Below, one piece after another: positions 27,855 to 37,147 of a stretch of 64,000 nt of DNA. The DNA lies in IMG/VR virus record IMGVR_UViG_3300005345_000001, positions 1-64,000 of that record. One strand, given 5' to 3'. The position numbers were made by a program, and so were the translations under genes. The notes under the pieces are model-generated. The model made no database searches, had not been told where the DNA came from, and worked only from the letters and a program-made list of their open reading frames with translations. The stretch is from a virus (taxonomy: Duplodnaviria; Caudoviricetes). Within the stretch, counting starts at the first letter, position 1. Each line of letters begins with the position of its first letter.

Positions 27855-28666
27855 GAATACTACTGGCATTACTGTTGAGTGTGGTTGCTGCCAAAGCTGA
27901 TTGGTTCGGGACTGGTAATCTAAACACCTATTTCTGCGGTCCGAACATGACCAACTCAATGAATGTGCTGAGCAACAGCATCACCATTGCCGTTTGGCTC
28001 AGAATTCGAGATACTGGTACTGGGCTGGAACAAAAGAATGTGTTCTTTTCCAAAGGCCGATTGGACTTCACTGCCAGCTGTAATTATCTGCTGCGCATTT
28101 CTGGCAGCAAATTCGAATTCGATTATACCGACCAAGTTGGTGGGCTGCACACGTATCAGTCCTCTTCGACGATTATCTGGACCAATCGCCTCCGATTCGT
28201 TGCACTTACATTCACCTACGGAACGGCTGGATCATCAATGCAAATGTATTTGGATGGCGCCCCCATCTCAGGATCGTGGACCAGTGGGAACGGAAACAGT
28301 AATAGCCTCCCAAACCAGCACGAATTTAGCCTTTCAGGACCCACGGCGCAGGTGGTTGGAGGTGGGATTTTAATGGGTGAACAAGGCCCGGTCATGGCCT
28401 GGCGCACAAATCTTAGTAGCACTCAAATTCAGATGCTTTATAAAACACGTGTAGCTGGGTTGCCTTATGTTATCTATCCACAGCATTGCGTGCTAAACAT
28501 TGATTGGAGCAATATTCGGTATGGTCAAGACATGGAGTCTAGTCAACGAATTCCGAGTCGTGTCCCTTGGGGTCAGTTCGTGTCTAACGCTATCCCACGA
28601 TTCGGTCAAAGCAGCAGCGGCAATCCGCTCGGAAGCCAGTTAATGTCATTTTGGCCAAACGAATAA
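27851..28666 (+). CDS. Signal-peptide-bearing LamG / concanavalin-A-like lectin-fold protein
   Basis: MRILLALLLSVVAAKA signal; ITIAVWLR, FFSKG, FVALTF, QMYLDG match LamG-like strands. Confidence 0.8.
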   Translation: MRILLALLLSVVAAKADWFGTGNLNTYFCGPNMTNSMNVLSNSITIAVWLRIRDTGTGLEQKNVFFSKGRLDFTASCNYLLRISGSKFEFDYTDQVGGLHTYQSSSTIIWTNRLRFVALTFTYGTAGSSMQMYLDGAPISGSWTSGNGNSNSLPNQHEFSLSGPTAQVVGGGILMGEQGPVMAWRTNLSSTQIQMLYKTRVAGLPYVIYPQHCVLNIDWSNIRYGQDMESSQRIPSRVPWGQFVSNAIPRFGQSSSGNPLGSQLMSFWPNE

Positions 28667-28676
28667 CATCATCCAA

Positions 28677-29333
28677 ATGCCATCACCCGTTTCACCCACC
28701 CAATTCTGTGACGCCGTTCCAGCGGCCAACGCCGACCTGTGCGTCAAGATGTCCAAATTCCTGGGCATCCCACAGCTGCTCTGTGATTTGTTCGGCTGGA
28801 TGCTCAATACCGACCGATCCATCAGCCAGACGTTTAAGGAGGAGGTGGCCACCTTTAGCACCCCAACGGGTATGATTGCTTACTCACTTACCCTAAATAT
28901 GGGGCCGGGCTGGATCTTGGCCGATGGCAGCGATATCTCCCGCACGACCTACGCCAATCTCTTCGCCGCCATCGGCACCCGCTACGGCGTTGGGGACGGC
29001 AGCACCACCTTCGGATTACCCGATTTACGTGGCCGCTCTCCAATTGGCGCCGGTCAAGGCACCGGATTATCCAATCGCGACATCAATACCGTCAACGTGG
29101 GCGAAGAGCGCCATACCCAAACGGAGGCCGAATTAGCCACCCATCGCCACGATTACAACACTACCGACAGCCAGCAAATCCTGGTGCAACAGGCAGTGGG
29201 AAAGATCAACGACATCAACCGAAGCGGGTCGCTTGATTATGCTTTTGCCGATCCAATGGAGACCACGGGTGACAGTGAGCCCTTCAACGTCATTCACCCA
29301 TGTATTATCGCTTATCCGTTTATCAAGATCTAA
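28677..29333 (+). CDS. Phage tail collar domain protein
   Basis: GWILADGSDISRTTYANLFAAIGTRYGVGDGSTTFGLPDLRGR, GEERHTQTEAELATH, and PCIIAYPFIK. Confidence 0.92.
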   Translation: MPSPVSPTQFCDAVPAANADLCVKMSKFLGIPQLLCDLFGWMLNTDRSISQTFKEEVATFSTPTGMIAYSLTLNMGPGWILADGSDISRTTYANLFAAIGTRYGVGDGSTTFGLPDLRGRSPIGAGQGTGLSNRDINTVNVGEERHTQTEAELATHRHDYNTTDSQQILVQQAVGKINDINRSGSLDYAFADPMETTGDSEPFNVIHPCIIAYPFIKI

Positions 29334-29344
29334 GATGACCCGCG

Positions 29345-31492
29345 ATGTCAGACTTCAAGACGATCAAGCTAAGACCCATGACGGGCGTGTTCGACACGCT
29401 CTCAAGCGCAGATGAGATTGGCTTTGGTAATTGGCGCGTAGTTAAAAACGCTGTTACCCGCTCCACTCGAAACCGTAATCGGTCTGGTGGCTGGCGTCGC
29501 CTGTTCGCTGACGACGATCCATACAACAACCAGGACCTTCACGACCAGTTAACGACCCGGCTGGGCTACTACGATTCTTTCGAAGAGCACGTCATGGGTG
29601 GTGGAGGCCTGCATGGCTACATCTACGCCTACTTCACTGGAGTCTATCAGGAGCCCACCACCTTCGCCTATCCTCCAGCATCGGGTCCATTTTCTCCGGT
29701 TTATGTCGGGGATTTCCCGGAGATGCTCTATGGCCCGTGCACAATCTTCTACCCATACGTGGGGTATCCTTATCGGTTCATCCAGCGCCCTGATTTGCCC
29801 GACAGCCTGACGACGGGCGCCCCGTTCAACTACCTGGATTCCTACGTGTACACATCCTGCCAGGTGGAGTATCCAGGGGATCTAGTTGCGGGCTACCCAT
29901 ACGGGCCGCAGACGCCCGTCTATGACCCCCTCTTTGCCTACGACCACGAGTATTGCGGAGATTATCTGTGGAGCCGGCCTGGATGCCGGGAAGCTATCAC
30001 GATGTTAACCGAAGTGGTCACCGCCCAGGGCCGCAAACTGGTGGCCGCAACCATGTCCAGAGTTTATGAATTCAATCAATCAGCAGGGAATTGGCGGATA
30101 TTGGCCGATGGACTGGGTAATTCCGGATACACGACCGAACAGTGCGGGTGCAACAGCGTTCGAGGAATGGCCGCTACCATTGGAGAATACCTTGTTTTCA
30201 CCAATAACTTCGATCCCCCATTTATCTACCAACTTGGAAGCGATTCTTCTGGCTGCGGGCTTCAGTCACTCCAACCGATCACAGACCTGGCAGTGCTTGG
30301 TATTACCCGAGCTGGCGGAGTGGTTACCTGGAAGGGATTCGTAATCTTCTTCGACATCACCGAAGCCGGCGTGCGCAGCGGCAGTACGATTATTTGGAGT
30401 GATCTGGAGGATCCCAATTCATTCATCGAAAGTGATACCAGTTTTGCCGGCCGGGCCACCACAGCGGTTGGAGAGACTATCCTGGCTGCCGCGCCCATCG
30501 GAAACTGGCTCATCCTTTACACCGATAAATCAATCATCCGGGTGTCCCTGGTCGGTGGGGAAGACGTGTTTAACTTCGAGGAGATTTATCGGGGTGGCAA
30601 CGCTCTGCGCTACAAGTATTCCCTGGTAAACGCTGGCGACGCCCACATTTATATGGGCGAGAGTGACATTTACATGTTCACTCAGTTCGATACCCGGCCG
30701 ATTAACGTGGAGTGGATCACTAGGGCCGCCGGCTTTGTCTATAACGGAATAGCTGAGGACGACGCCACCTATCAACGCATCAACAACGATGCCTGCAATC
30801 TGGTCACAGGCGGTTGGAACGAGAACACCCGCGAAGCATTCTTCTCTTGGCCAACCGGAGACAACATCTGTCCGGACGTCACGTTACGGCTTAACCTCAA
30901 ATTCAGCGCCGCTGACTTCATCGACCACGGCTTCACGGCTTTCTTGACCTTCCACCGGGACCAGCGGCCCACGGTGGGTGAATGGATGGAGACCCTGGGC
31001 ATCTGTCCACGTGGAAGCAAGGTGGCCACCGGCATCAAGGACGGGCCCGTGTGCCCAGATCCTAATCGGATAATAGAGCAGCCTGCGGATCCGGATGCGG
31101 AGCCCGAACCCGAGCCAGAGCCAGAGCCAGAAGACTGCGGGACGGATTGTTCCCAGATGCCCGTAACGCTTTACGCCCGGGATCTGATGCCAATGTATCA
31201 GGCGGGGCCGGAAGCGCTCGGTTGCCCAGCCTGGGACGGATCACTGGTGAATGCCGGAAGCCCTCCGTGCCAGTGGTTGAATTGGTGTTCTGGCCCAGTC
31301 GGTTTTGGTGGCATTGGTGTCATACTGTCAGGCGCGCCGGGTAACTGGTGGATCAGCATCTATCGAGGGGCCTCATTCGCTTCGTATCAGCTTACGCCAC
31401 AGGCCAATTGTCCGTATGGCACCTATAATTTGGCGGTTTCAACCTGGATAGACGGGCCTGCGGCTAGCTCAGTAGAAGTGACGATCGTTTGA
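29345..31492 (+). CDS. Tail nozzle / packaged-DNA stabilisation protein (P22 gp10 or T7 gp12-like), N-terminal piece
   Basis: Beta-propeller-like repeats (VFTNNFDPP, IIWSDLEDPNSF, LILYTDKSI), position before the ejection genes; ends with a PE linker and an extra domain. Confidence 0.65.
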   Translation: MSDFKTIKLRPMTGVFDTLSSADEIGFGNWRVVKNAVTRSTRNRNRSGGWRRLFADDDPYNNQDLHDQLTTRLGYYDSFEEHVMGGGGLHGYIYAYFTGVYQEPTTFAYPPASGPFSPVYVGDFPEMLYGPCTIFYPYVGYPYRFIQRPDLPDSLTTGAPFNYLDSYVYTSCQVEYPGDLVAGYPYGPQTPVYDPLFAYDHEYCGDYLWSRPGCREAITMLTEVVTAQGRKLVAATMSRVYEFNQSAGNWRILADGLGNSGYTTEQCGCNSVRGMAATIGEYLVFTNNFDPPFIYQLGSDSSGCGLQSLQPITDLAVLGITRAGGVVTWKGFVIFFDITEAGVRSGSTIIWSDLEDPNSFIESDTSFAGRATTAVGETILAAAPIGNWLILYTDKSIIRVSLVGGEDVFNFEEIYRGGNALRYKYSLVNAGDAHIYMGESDIYMFTQFDTRPINVEWITRAAGFVYNGIAEDDATYQRINNDACNLVTGGWNENTREAFFSWPTGDNICPDVTLRLNLKFSAADFIDHGFTAFLTFHRDQRPTVGEWMETLGICPRGSKVATGIKDGPVCPDPNRIIEQPADPDAEPEPEPEPEPEDCGTDCSQMPVTLYARDLMPMYQAGPEALGCPAWDGSLVNAGSPPCQWLNWCSGPVGFGGIGVILSGAPGNWWISIYRGASFASYQLTPQANCPYGTYNLAVSTWIDGPAASSVEVTIV

Positions 31493-31495
31493 GTT

Positions 31496-32827
31496 ATGGC
31501 CACCCTGTTACTGTTCATTCGCAATCCAGAGGAGGACATCAATTTCCCGGTCCATCCCAATTCTCTGTGTGCCATCCTGGCTGGTAAAACCCTGGATTTC
31601 TTCTGTGAGGATTGCGCTGTTCCGGCAACCTTCGTGGCAGCCTCAGCGGTGGACTTTGCGCTCAAGCAGCTGGAGGACGACATCTATTACCGGGAACGCC
31701 TCGCAACAGCACCGCCAGCCTGTGCTGATGTCCCATTCGCCACCGAGACTGGCCAAGATGAGGGCTTCACTGGCGGCGCGCTAGTGCTGGATCAATGGCT
31801 TCCGCTGTCGGCGGCGCATTGCTCTGGCATAAACTCGATAACCGGTTATCACATAGAGCTAGAAGATATGCCACTTAACCATGCCGTTTACGAACCAGGC
31901 CGGGATGTCATTTATGGCGTCAGTGGAGGTTACGTTTATAAACTAAACGCCACCACCGGAGAGAAGATTTCGTCCGCCAGGTTCTTTGAGAATCGGTTCT
32001 ACGATTCATACATCGCTTACTCCTCAATCACCGACAAGCTTTATGTGACAGCATGGATGAATGATCCTGGCAACGAGCCGGCGGCTATAAACCGTGTTAA
32101 ATGGATGTTCAAGCTCAATCCGGATACGCTGGCCGTTGATGGGACGTTCAATATATTCGCGTCAGGCGTTACAGTGGCGCACGAATACTTCGAATCTGGT
32201 CCACGGGAGATGGTGAGCGTCGCTGGAGATATTTATTTTCTGATGTTTGACAGATCACAGTCAAACAACGCTTGTTATCTAATGCGGTTTGATGTAGCAG
32301 GTGAAACCTGGGACAACTCGTCTTCCAATAATCGGAACATAGGATTTTCCCAGGGGCTTACGTATGATGCAGACAACAACGTAATTTGGGTATCTACGCA
32401 GCAGGGGGCTACTGCTCATGCCCCGGCTCCAGGAGTTACGCAGAGTGACACCGTTGATATCAGTGGAGTTAGCGACCCAATGGCGAAAGGTATTTGCTAT
32501 AGGTCTGGTCATCTTTACTTCACTCTTTGGCAGGGAACTACAATCGAGAGGTATAAAATCCAGAAGGTACGCATCAGCGATGACAATAACACCACTATAG
32601 ACTTGGGGGACACGGCGGCCACTCCTCGTAAAATACGGTACTGGTCCATTAACGACCGGATTTATGTGCCCACCTTTAATGCCAACACCGTGGTCATCAT
32701 CGACCCAACCACCGACACAGTTGAATCTACAAAGACCGGGTTTGATTCTCCAGTTGATGTCGTTTTCACACCAACCAAAGTCTGGGCTGTTCAACACGGA
32801 GCTCAAGGGCTTAAAGAGGTAATCTAA
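31496..32827 (+). CDS. Tail protein with C-terminal YVTN/WD-like beta-propeller
   Basis: DRIYVPTFNANTVVIIDPTTDTV and SPVDVVFTP are YVTN-like; in frame with the upstream gene. Confidence 0.65.
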   Translation: MATLLLFIRNPEEDINFPVHPNSLCAILAGKTLDFFCEDCAVPATFVAASAVDFALKQLEDDIYYRERLATAPPACADVPFATETGQDEGFTGGALVLDQWLPLSAAHCSGINSITGYHIELEDMPLNHAVYEPGRDVIYGVSGGYVYKLNATTGEKISSARFFENRFYDSYIAYSSITDKLYVTAWMNDPGNEPAAINRVKWMFKLNPDTLAVDGTFNIFASGVTVAHEYFESGPREMVSVAGDIYFLMFDRSQSNNACYLMRFDVAGETWDNSSSNNRNIGFSQGLTYDADNNVIWVSTQQGATAHAPAPGVTQSDTVDISGVSDPMAKGICYRSGHLYFTLWQGTTIERYKIQKVRISDDNNTTIDLGDTAATPRKIRYWSINDRIYVPTFNANTVVIIDPTTDTVESTKTGFDSPVDVVFTPTKVWAVQHGAQGLKEVI

Positions 32828-33423
32828 TGGCCTGCACCGTCGTCGAACTCAACTTGGTCGCAGGCGTGGACTACGATCTGGACCTAGCCGCTGGACGAAT
32901 CCGGTTCCGGTCCGATGGCCAGCTGGGTGCGCTTATCGATGCGGGTAACTTCTGTGGGCTGGTGGTCAATGCCTGTTGCCAGGACGCAAGCTGTGACCCT
33001 TACGGCCCATACGCCTGTGACCTGACCTGCTACGTCAGGGACGGCTACGACACCGTTATGCAGGAAGGCGCCGAAAACTACCGCACTGACGACGAAAAGA
33101 TGATCAAGATGGTGGGCGTTGAAGCTGAGCCACTGCCCTCATCCAGCCCGTTAGACCTTCAGGTCGACGTCGGTTTTGCGCCAACCCCAAACTGTTTCAC
33201 CTGGAAGGAAACCCGCGACTTGCCATTCGAATGTCAGACTGCCAAATCAGCTGCTCAGCACATTGCTGACCGCACCAGGCCTGATGGCACGTTTTATTAC
33301 CCAACCTGGCGTCGTGGCATTTACCTCTCTACTCGTTTCAGGATTTCTGGCGTCGGTGGCGCCGGCCAGTTCTCGGCCCTAAGCAAGATGATTAAAGGCT
33401 GGGGCCAACAGGATTCACCATAA
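32827..33423 (+). CDS. Tail protein resembling the C-terminal part of a nozzle protein
   Basis: Ends with a beta-sandwich-like pattern (IKMVGVE...RGIYLSTRFRISG); TAATG coupling; 9 Cys in 198 aa. Confidence 0.6.
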   Translation: MACTVVELNLVAGVDYDLDLAAGRIRFRSDGQLGALIDAGNFCGLVVNACCQDASCDPYGPYACDLTCYVRDGYDTVMQEGAENYRTDDEKMIKMVGVEAEPLPSSSPLDLQVDVGFAPTPNCFTWKETRDLPFECQTAKSAAQHIADRTRPDGTFYYPTWRRGIYLSTRFRISGVGGAGQFSALSKMIKGWGQQDSP

Positions 33424-33629
33424 TGGGAGACCCAATAGAATTATCGCGTAGATCGATCAGGCAAGAACTGATCACAGAAGTGCTGTTTGACCGGCTGCCC
33501 GAGCCCCCTGAGGAAATGCTCAGGCTCCCTGGAGTCAGGCGCTGGTTCTCTGCCATGCGCTTAGCCCGGGAGCGGGACATCCAAGCGCTGCACCGGCTCA
33601 TCCACAAGATTGAAGGGACCGGAGGATAA
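33423..33629 (+). CDS. Small hypothetical tail-module protein
   Basis: TAATG-coupled 68-aa ORF. Confidence 0.55.
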   Translation: MGDPIELSRRSIRQELITEVLFDRLPEPPEEMLRLPGVRRWFSAMRLARERDIQALHRLIHKIEGTGG

Positions 33630-33672
33630 TGGCCCCTTGCAAATCGAGCGTTAATCTGTAGAACTGCATCTT

Positions 33673-34482
33673 ATGGCTAATGGTGCTGGAGATATTGTAG
33701 GCGGTCTTGGCAGTTCGATCAGTTCCCTATTTGGCTCTCGGGCCGCCCCCAAGGCTTATCTCAATCGATACGCCCTCCCCACCGCCAAGCCGCTTGGTAA
33801 ATTTGGAGGGTCACTCCTTGGCGACATTGAGCCACTCTCCCGCGAAGCCGTCAGCGGTTATTTGGCCCAACAGCCCAAGCAACAGGCGTTAGCCGGACAG
33901 CAGGAGAACATCTTAAATACTCTCCTGGCACGCAGACTGAACGCTGACCCAACACAGCTCTTGCGGGATGTGGGCAACACCGCCTTCGGATTCATTGATC
34001 CGAATGTAATTACGCCGCTGGCAAGGTTCGACGTTAACCAGGATATCCTCATGCGACGGGCCCGGGGCCTCAGTCCCGCCGCTAGCGATTCCACAGCGGA
34101 ACGTTTGCGCAACGCCCGCATTGCCAGCGGCAGATACTATGACACCGCCCAACAGGCTTATTCGGCCCTCCCTCGTCTTTATGGGGAGGCGTTCGGCCAA
34201 GGCTTATCCAATGAGGCCGCTGCCGCTGGACTTACTCCACAAATTTCTGCTGCTTATGAAGGGGTGGCTGCTCGGCCCTGGAACGCCATCAATCAACGCA
34301 TCTCTTCGGCCACCGGCGCCAGCGACGCCGCCAGTCGCGCCATCCAAGGCGTACTTGCTGCCACCCAAGGCTACAAGCAACCGCAGAACTGGGCGGATCG
34401 TTTGGGTGCGGCCAGTCAGGGCATCGGCCAGGCGTTGGGCGGAGTAGCTGGTTTGGCCGGAGGCGGTGGTGGCGGATTGTGA
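33673..34482 (+). CDS. DNA ejection / pilot protein
   Basis: Gly/Ala/Ser-rich amphipathic ends (GAGDIVGGLGSSISSLFG; GIGQALGGVAGLAGGGGGGL), Gln/Ala-rich core, no Cys; follows the nozzle. Confidence 0.7.
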   Translation: MANGAGDIVGGLGSSISSLFGSRAAPKAYLNRYALPTAKPLGKFGGSLLGDIEPLSREAVSGYLAQQPKQQALAGQQENILNTLLARRLNADPTQLLRDVGNTAFGFIDPNVITPLARFDVNQDILMRRARGLSPAASDSTAERLRNARIASGRYYDTAQQAYSALPRLYGEAFGQGLSNEAAAAGLTPQISAAYEGVAARPWNAINQRISSATGASDAASRAIQGVLAATQGYKQPQNWADRLGAASQGIGQALGGVAGLAGGGGGGL

Positions 34483-34832
34483 TCCATAGGCACGACAAGT
34501 GCATCGGCATAACGCTCTGGAAATGGGGCCATTTCCAAATCGAATTATGGTGCGTCCCATCTATGGAGACAATCGAGTCACATTGTCATCCATCGATTGA
34601 CTCTACGCTCATCTTCCTGTTTGGAAGAATGTTCGGTCGAATTGGCGAAAGACAGGGCTGGGTGAGCAATGCCGATTGCCTTCGCAGATTCGCTATTCCG
34701 GCCGGGATAGAGCACTCAGCTACAACTGCTAAATTCACTGCCTTCCTTAACATAGAAAGATGGCGCGCTGGCAGCAATGTCACGAGTGCATCGGTTGATT
34801 TTCGGGTTTCCAAGTCTCGTTGCGACGAATGA
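34479..34832 (+). CDS. Cupin-like protein
   Basis: HCHP and IPAGIEH match the two cupin motifs; GTGA overlap with the pilot gene. Confidence 0.55.
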   Translation: MIHRHDKCIGITLWKWGHFQIELWCVPSMETIESHCHPSIDSTLIFLFGRMFGRIGERQGWVSNADCLRRFAIPAGIEHSATTAKFTAFLNIERWRAGSNVTSASVDFRVSKSRCDE

Positions 34833-35304
34833 ATCCAATAGTCCCTTTCGACACGCCGTATATCATGGCAAGCTCTCGATAACTACGCCTGTTCGCTCTT
34901 ATGGCAATCACTTGTTTCCAGGTAAGTTTAGAGTTGGGACAAAGCTCCCCAGTTTTGCCGTTAAAATGTGTCTTCCATCGACCTTTCGAAATTGCATCCC
35001 GGAGATTTGAGCTCTGGTTCCCAGTCCACAGATGATCTGGATTCACGCAGTCACCTCTGTCTCCATCTGGACAATTGTGGTGGACCTGATGTCCTTCTGG
35101 AATTGGCCCCACATTGAGGATGTAGCTTATGCGATGAACCCCCATGGTTCCACGGCCGACACCAATGGCCCAATGTCGGTTGTGCTTCCCGCCATCAAAG
35201 AGCCAACAGCCGTTGGTTTTGGTCACACGCCGCCAGAACTTGGCTGGGATAGTAGTATTAAGCCCTTGAGCAGCGAGGTAGTCGGAAGTAATATTTGGCG
35301 GCAT
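34780..35304 (-). CDS. HNH homing endonuclease
   Basis: FWRRV.K..GCW, VHRISY, VHHNCPDGD..DCVNPDHL..G....N..D. Confidence 0.9.
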   Translation of the reverse strand: MPPNITSDYLAAQGLNTTIPAKFWRRVTKTNGCWLFDGGKHNRHWAIGVGRGTMGVHRISYILNVGPIPEGHQVHHNCPDGDRGDCVNPDHLWTGNQSSNLRDAISKGRWKTHFNGKTGELCPNSKLTWKQVIAIRANRRSYRELAMIYGVSKGTIGFIRRNETWKPENQPMHS

Positions 35305-35395
35305 ATCAAAAGATTCGTTTTTGATTTGTTAGCTCCGGTTCCGCTTCAACGGGCCGGAGCATCCGTTTTAACCTGTCATCCGGAAGGGTCAAGGA

Positions 35396-36649
35396 ATTAA
35401 CACCAAAGTCCACATCCTGGCCAGTTGCCCAAATCCAAAGCTCATCGATTACACAACTCTTGTCTTTAAGACTCTGCGCGTTGGATTTCCCACTGCTGAC
35501 GTCGTGGTGTGGATGAATAAATTGGGACAAGTGGAGGAGTCCAAGGTGTCCCAAATCTGCGTGGACAACGACTACGACGCACAGGTCTGTGACTATGCTC
35601 ACCACGAATGGATCCAGATGCTGGCCACCACCGAGAAGCAACCATTCTGGATATCTGATACAGATATTTTGTATTACGAAAATATCGAGGAGCTGAAGCC
35701 TGATTCTGCTATAGCCGGCTGGCGCATCCCGGAGTGGAAGGACGAATTCACCCAGTGCATCACGCGGGCGCGTATCCATACCTGCCTGATGCACATCAAC
35801 CCGTTGACGCTAGCCAGCGCAATCGCCAGGTATAAGGAGAGCTTCAATCTAATGGATGACATCAATCCATTGCCGAACCTATTTGCTCCGATCTCTGTCC
35901 CATTTGGTAGACTGACCTATTTCTATGACGTCTGCGGGCTGCTCTATAACGCTGTCGGCGGTGAAGCGTTCTCCGATGAGATCAAAGAGAGGTGGTTCCA
36001 CTTTAACTTTGGGTCCATATCAGACCGCGTATTGCCACTGATCAAAGACGGCGATAAGATGGCAGCCGCCAGGGAGATGGTATTGCTAAACCCGCAGCTT
36101 GGACGTGGTGCCTGGAGGTTGCAGGAGGAATACTATGCCAACCGCCAAGTGATTTACGACGGCAAGAAGATAGAGGACACGATGAGCCAGGAGGATATGG
36201 AGCTAGCCAGGAAGTGGAACGTGGAGCTTTGCTGCGGCAATCAGGAGGCGATGCAGTTTTGCGATCTGTATCACCGATACGTGCATGGGATCGACGATCT
36301 CGTAGACGAAATGCAGGACGGTCGACCGACGATGAGCAAGGAACAGATCATAGACTTGTTCTTGCAGGCACTGATCCTCTACAACACGCCGTTCTTCGTT
36401 ACCTATCGAAACCTACTGTTCCCGGCAATTATACAGGTGACCAACATGTATCAGGATTCTGTCTCCTGGGAACGGTCGCCGAAAAGTCATTTACGCAAGA
36501 TAGCCGATGTGCTTCGCACTTGCGGTGGCGAAGTCTATTTCATGGTCGCGCTGATTACCGGAGGACCAGAGCACATGAATAGGATGTCGAAATTGATCAG
36601 GGAACGTGATTTTCTCTCCCAGCACGATCAGGATGGAAACCCTCTATGA
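35396..36649 (+). CDS. Fusion of a GT-A-like domain and a DDxxD isoprenoid-synthase-like domain
   Basis: N-part has DxD in WISDTDILYY; C-part has HGIDDLVDE in a helical domain. The frame is open from 35372; probable ATT start at 35396. Confidence 0.7.
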   Translation: MNTKVHILASCPNPKLIDYTTLVFKTLRVGFPTADVVVWMNKLGQVEESKVSQICVDNDYDAQVCDYAHHEWIQMLATTEKQPFWISDTDILYYENIEELKPDSAIAGWRIPEWKDEFTQCITRARIHTCLMHINPLTLASAIARYKESFNLMDDINPLPNLFAPISVPFGRLTYFYDVCGLLYNAVGGEAFSDEIKERWFHFNFGSISDRVLPLIKDGDKMAAAREMVLLNPQLGRGAWRLQEEYYANRQVIYDGKKIEDTMSQEDMELARKWNVELCCGNQEAMQFCDLYHRYVHGIDDLVDEMQDGRPTMSKEQIIDLFLQALILYNTPFFVTYRNLLFPAIIQVTNMYQDSVSWERSPKSHLRKIADVLRTCGGEVYFMVALITGGPEHMNRMSKLIRERDFLSQHDQDGNPL

Positions 36650-37147
36650 TTTCCAACGCTTAAAGGTTACGATATGTCCAATCATCTGCCGAGATACCCC
36701 AAACACCCTAGCCAGTTGCATCTGTGTGATTCCGCCTTCCCCGTAAACCGTCCTGATATTATCGACGTCACCCTGACTGAGCACTGACCACGGGCATCGC
36801 CCTTTATTGATCATATCCCAGGTGTTCTGTCTGGATGTTCCAAGCCAGAGATGTGATGGGTTGCAGCAGGCGCGATTATCGCACGAATGGCACACACATA
36901 ATCCATCAGGGATTTCTCCATTGTGGATAAGCCAGCTCAAAATGTGAGGCTTCATGGTCTGGAATCCACCGCGTTTAACTATACGACCGTATCCAAATGA
37001 ATCTTTACACCCAGTCCAATTCCAGCAGCCATCGGTCTTTTCTACGTGTTTCCAAAATCTATGTTCGATCGTGGCCGAACAGTGACGCTTAGCCAGAATG
37101 GGATTAGCGTGCATTGGGACAGAGGAAGTGGTAAACTCATGTTGCAT
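36644..37147 (-). CDS. HNH homing endonuclease
   Basis: FWKHVEKTDGCWNWTG, VCHSCDNRACCNPSHLWLGT...N..D, C-terminal HTH. Confidence 0.92.
   Translation of the reverse strand: MQHEFTTSSVPMHANPILAKRHCSATIEHRFWKHVEKTDGCWNWTGCKDSFGYGRIVKRGGFQTMKPHILSWLIHNGEIPDGLCVCHSCDNRACCNPSHLWLGTSRQNTWDMINKGRCPWSVLSQGDVDNIRTVYGEGGITQMQLARVFGVSRQMIGHIVTFKRWKS

Noticed and set aside
31490-31492. Genome-wide TGA reassignment
   Set aside because: TGA ends many genes in ATGA overlaps and standard-code ORFs tile the window; at most this is site-specific readthrough.
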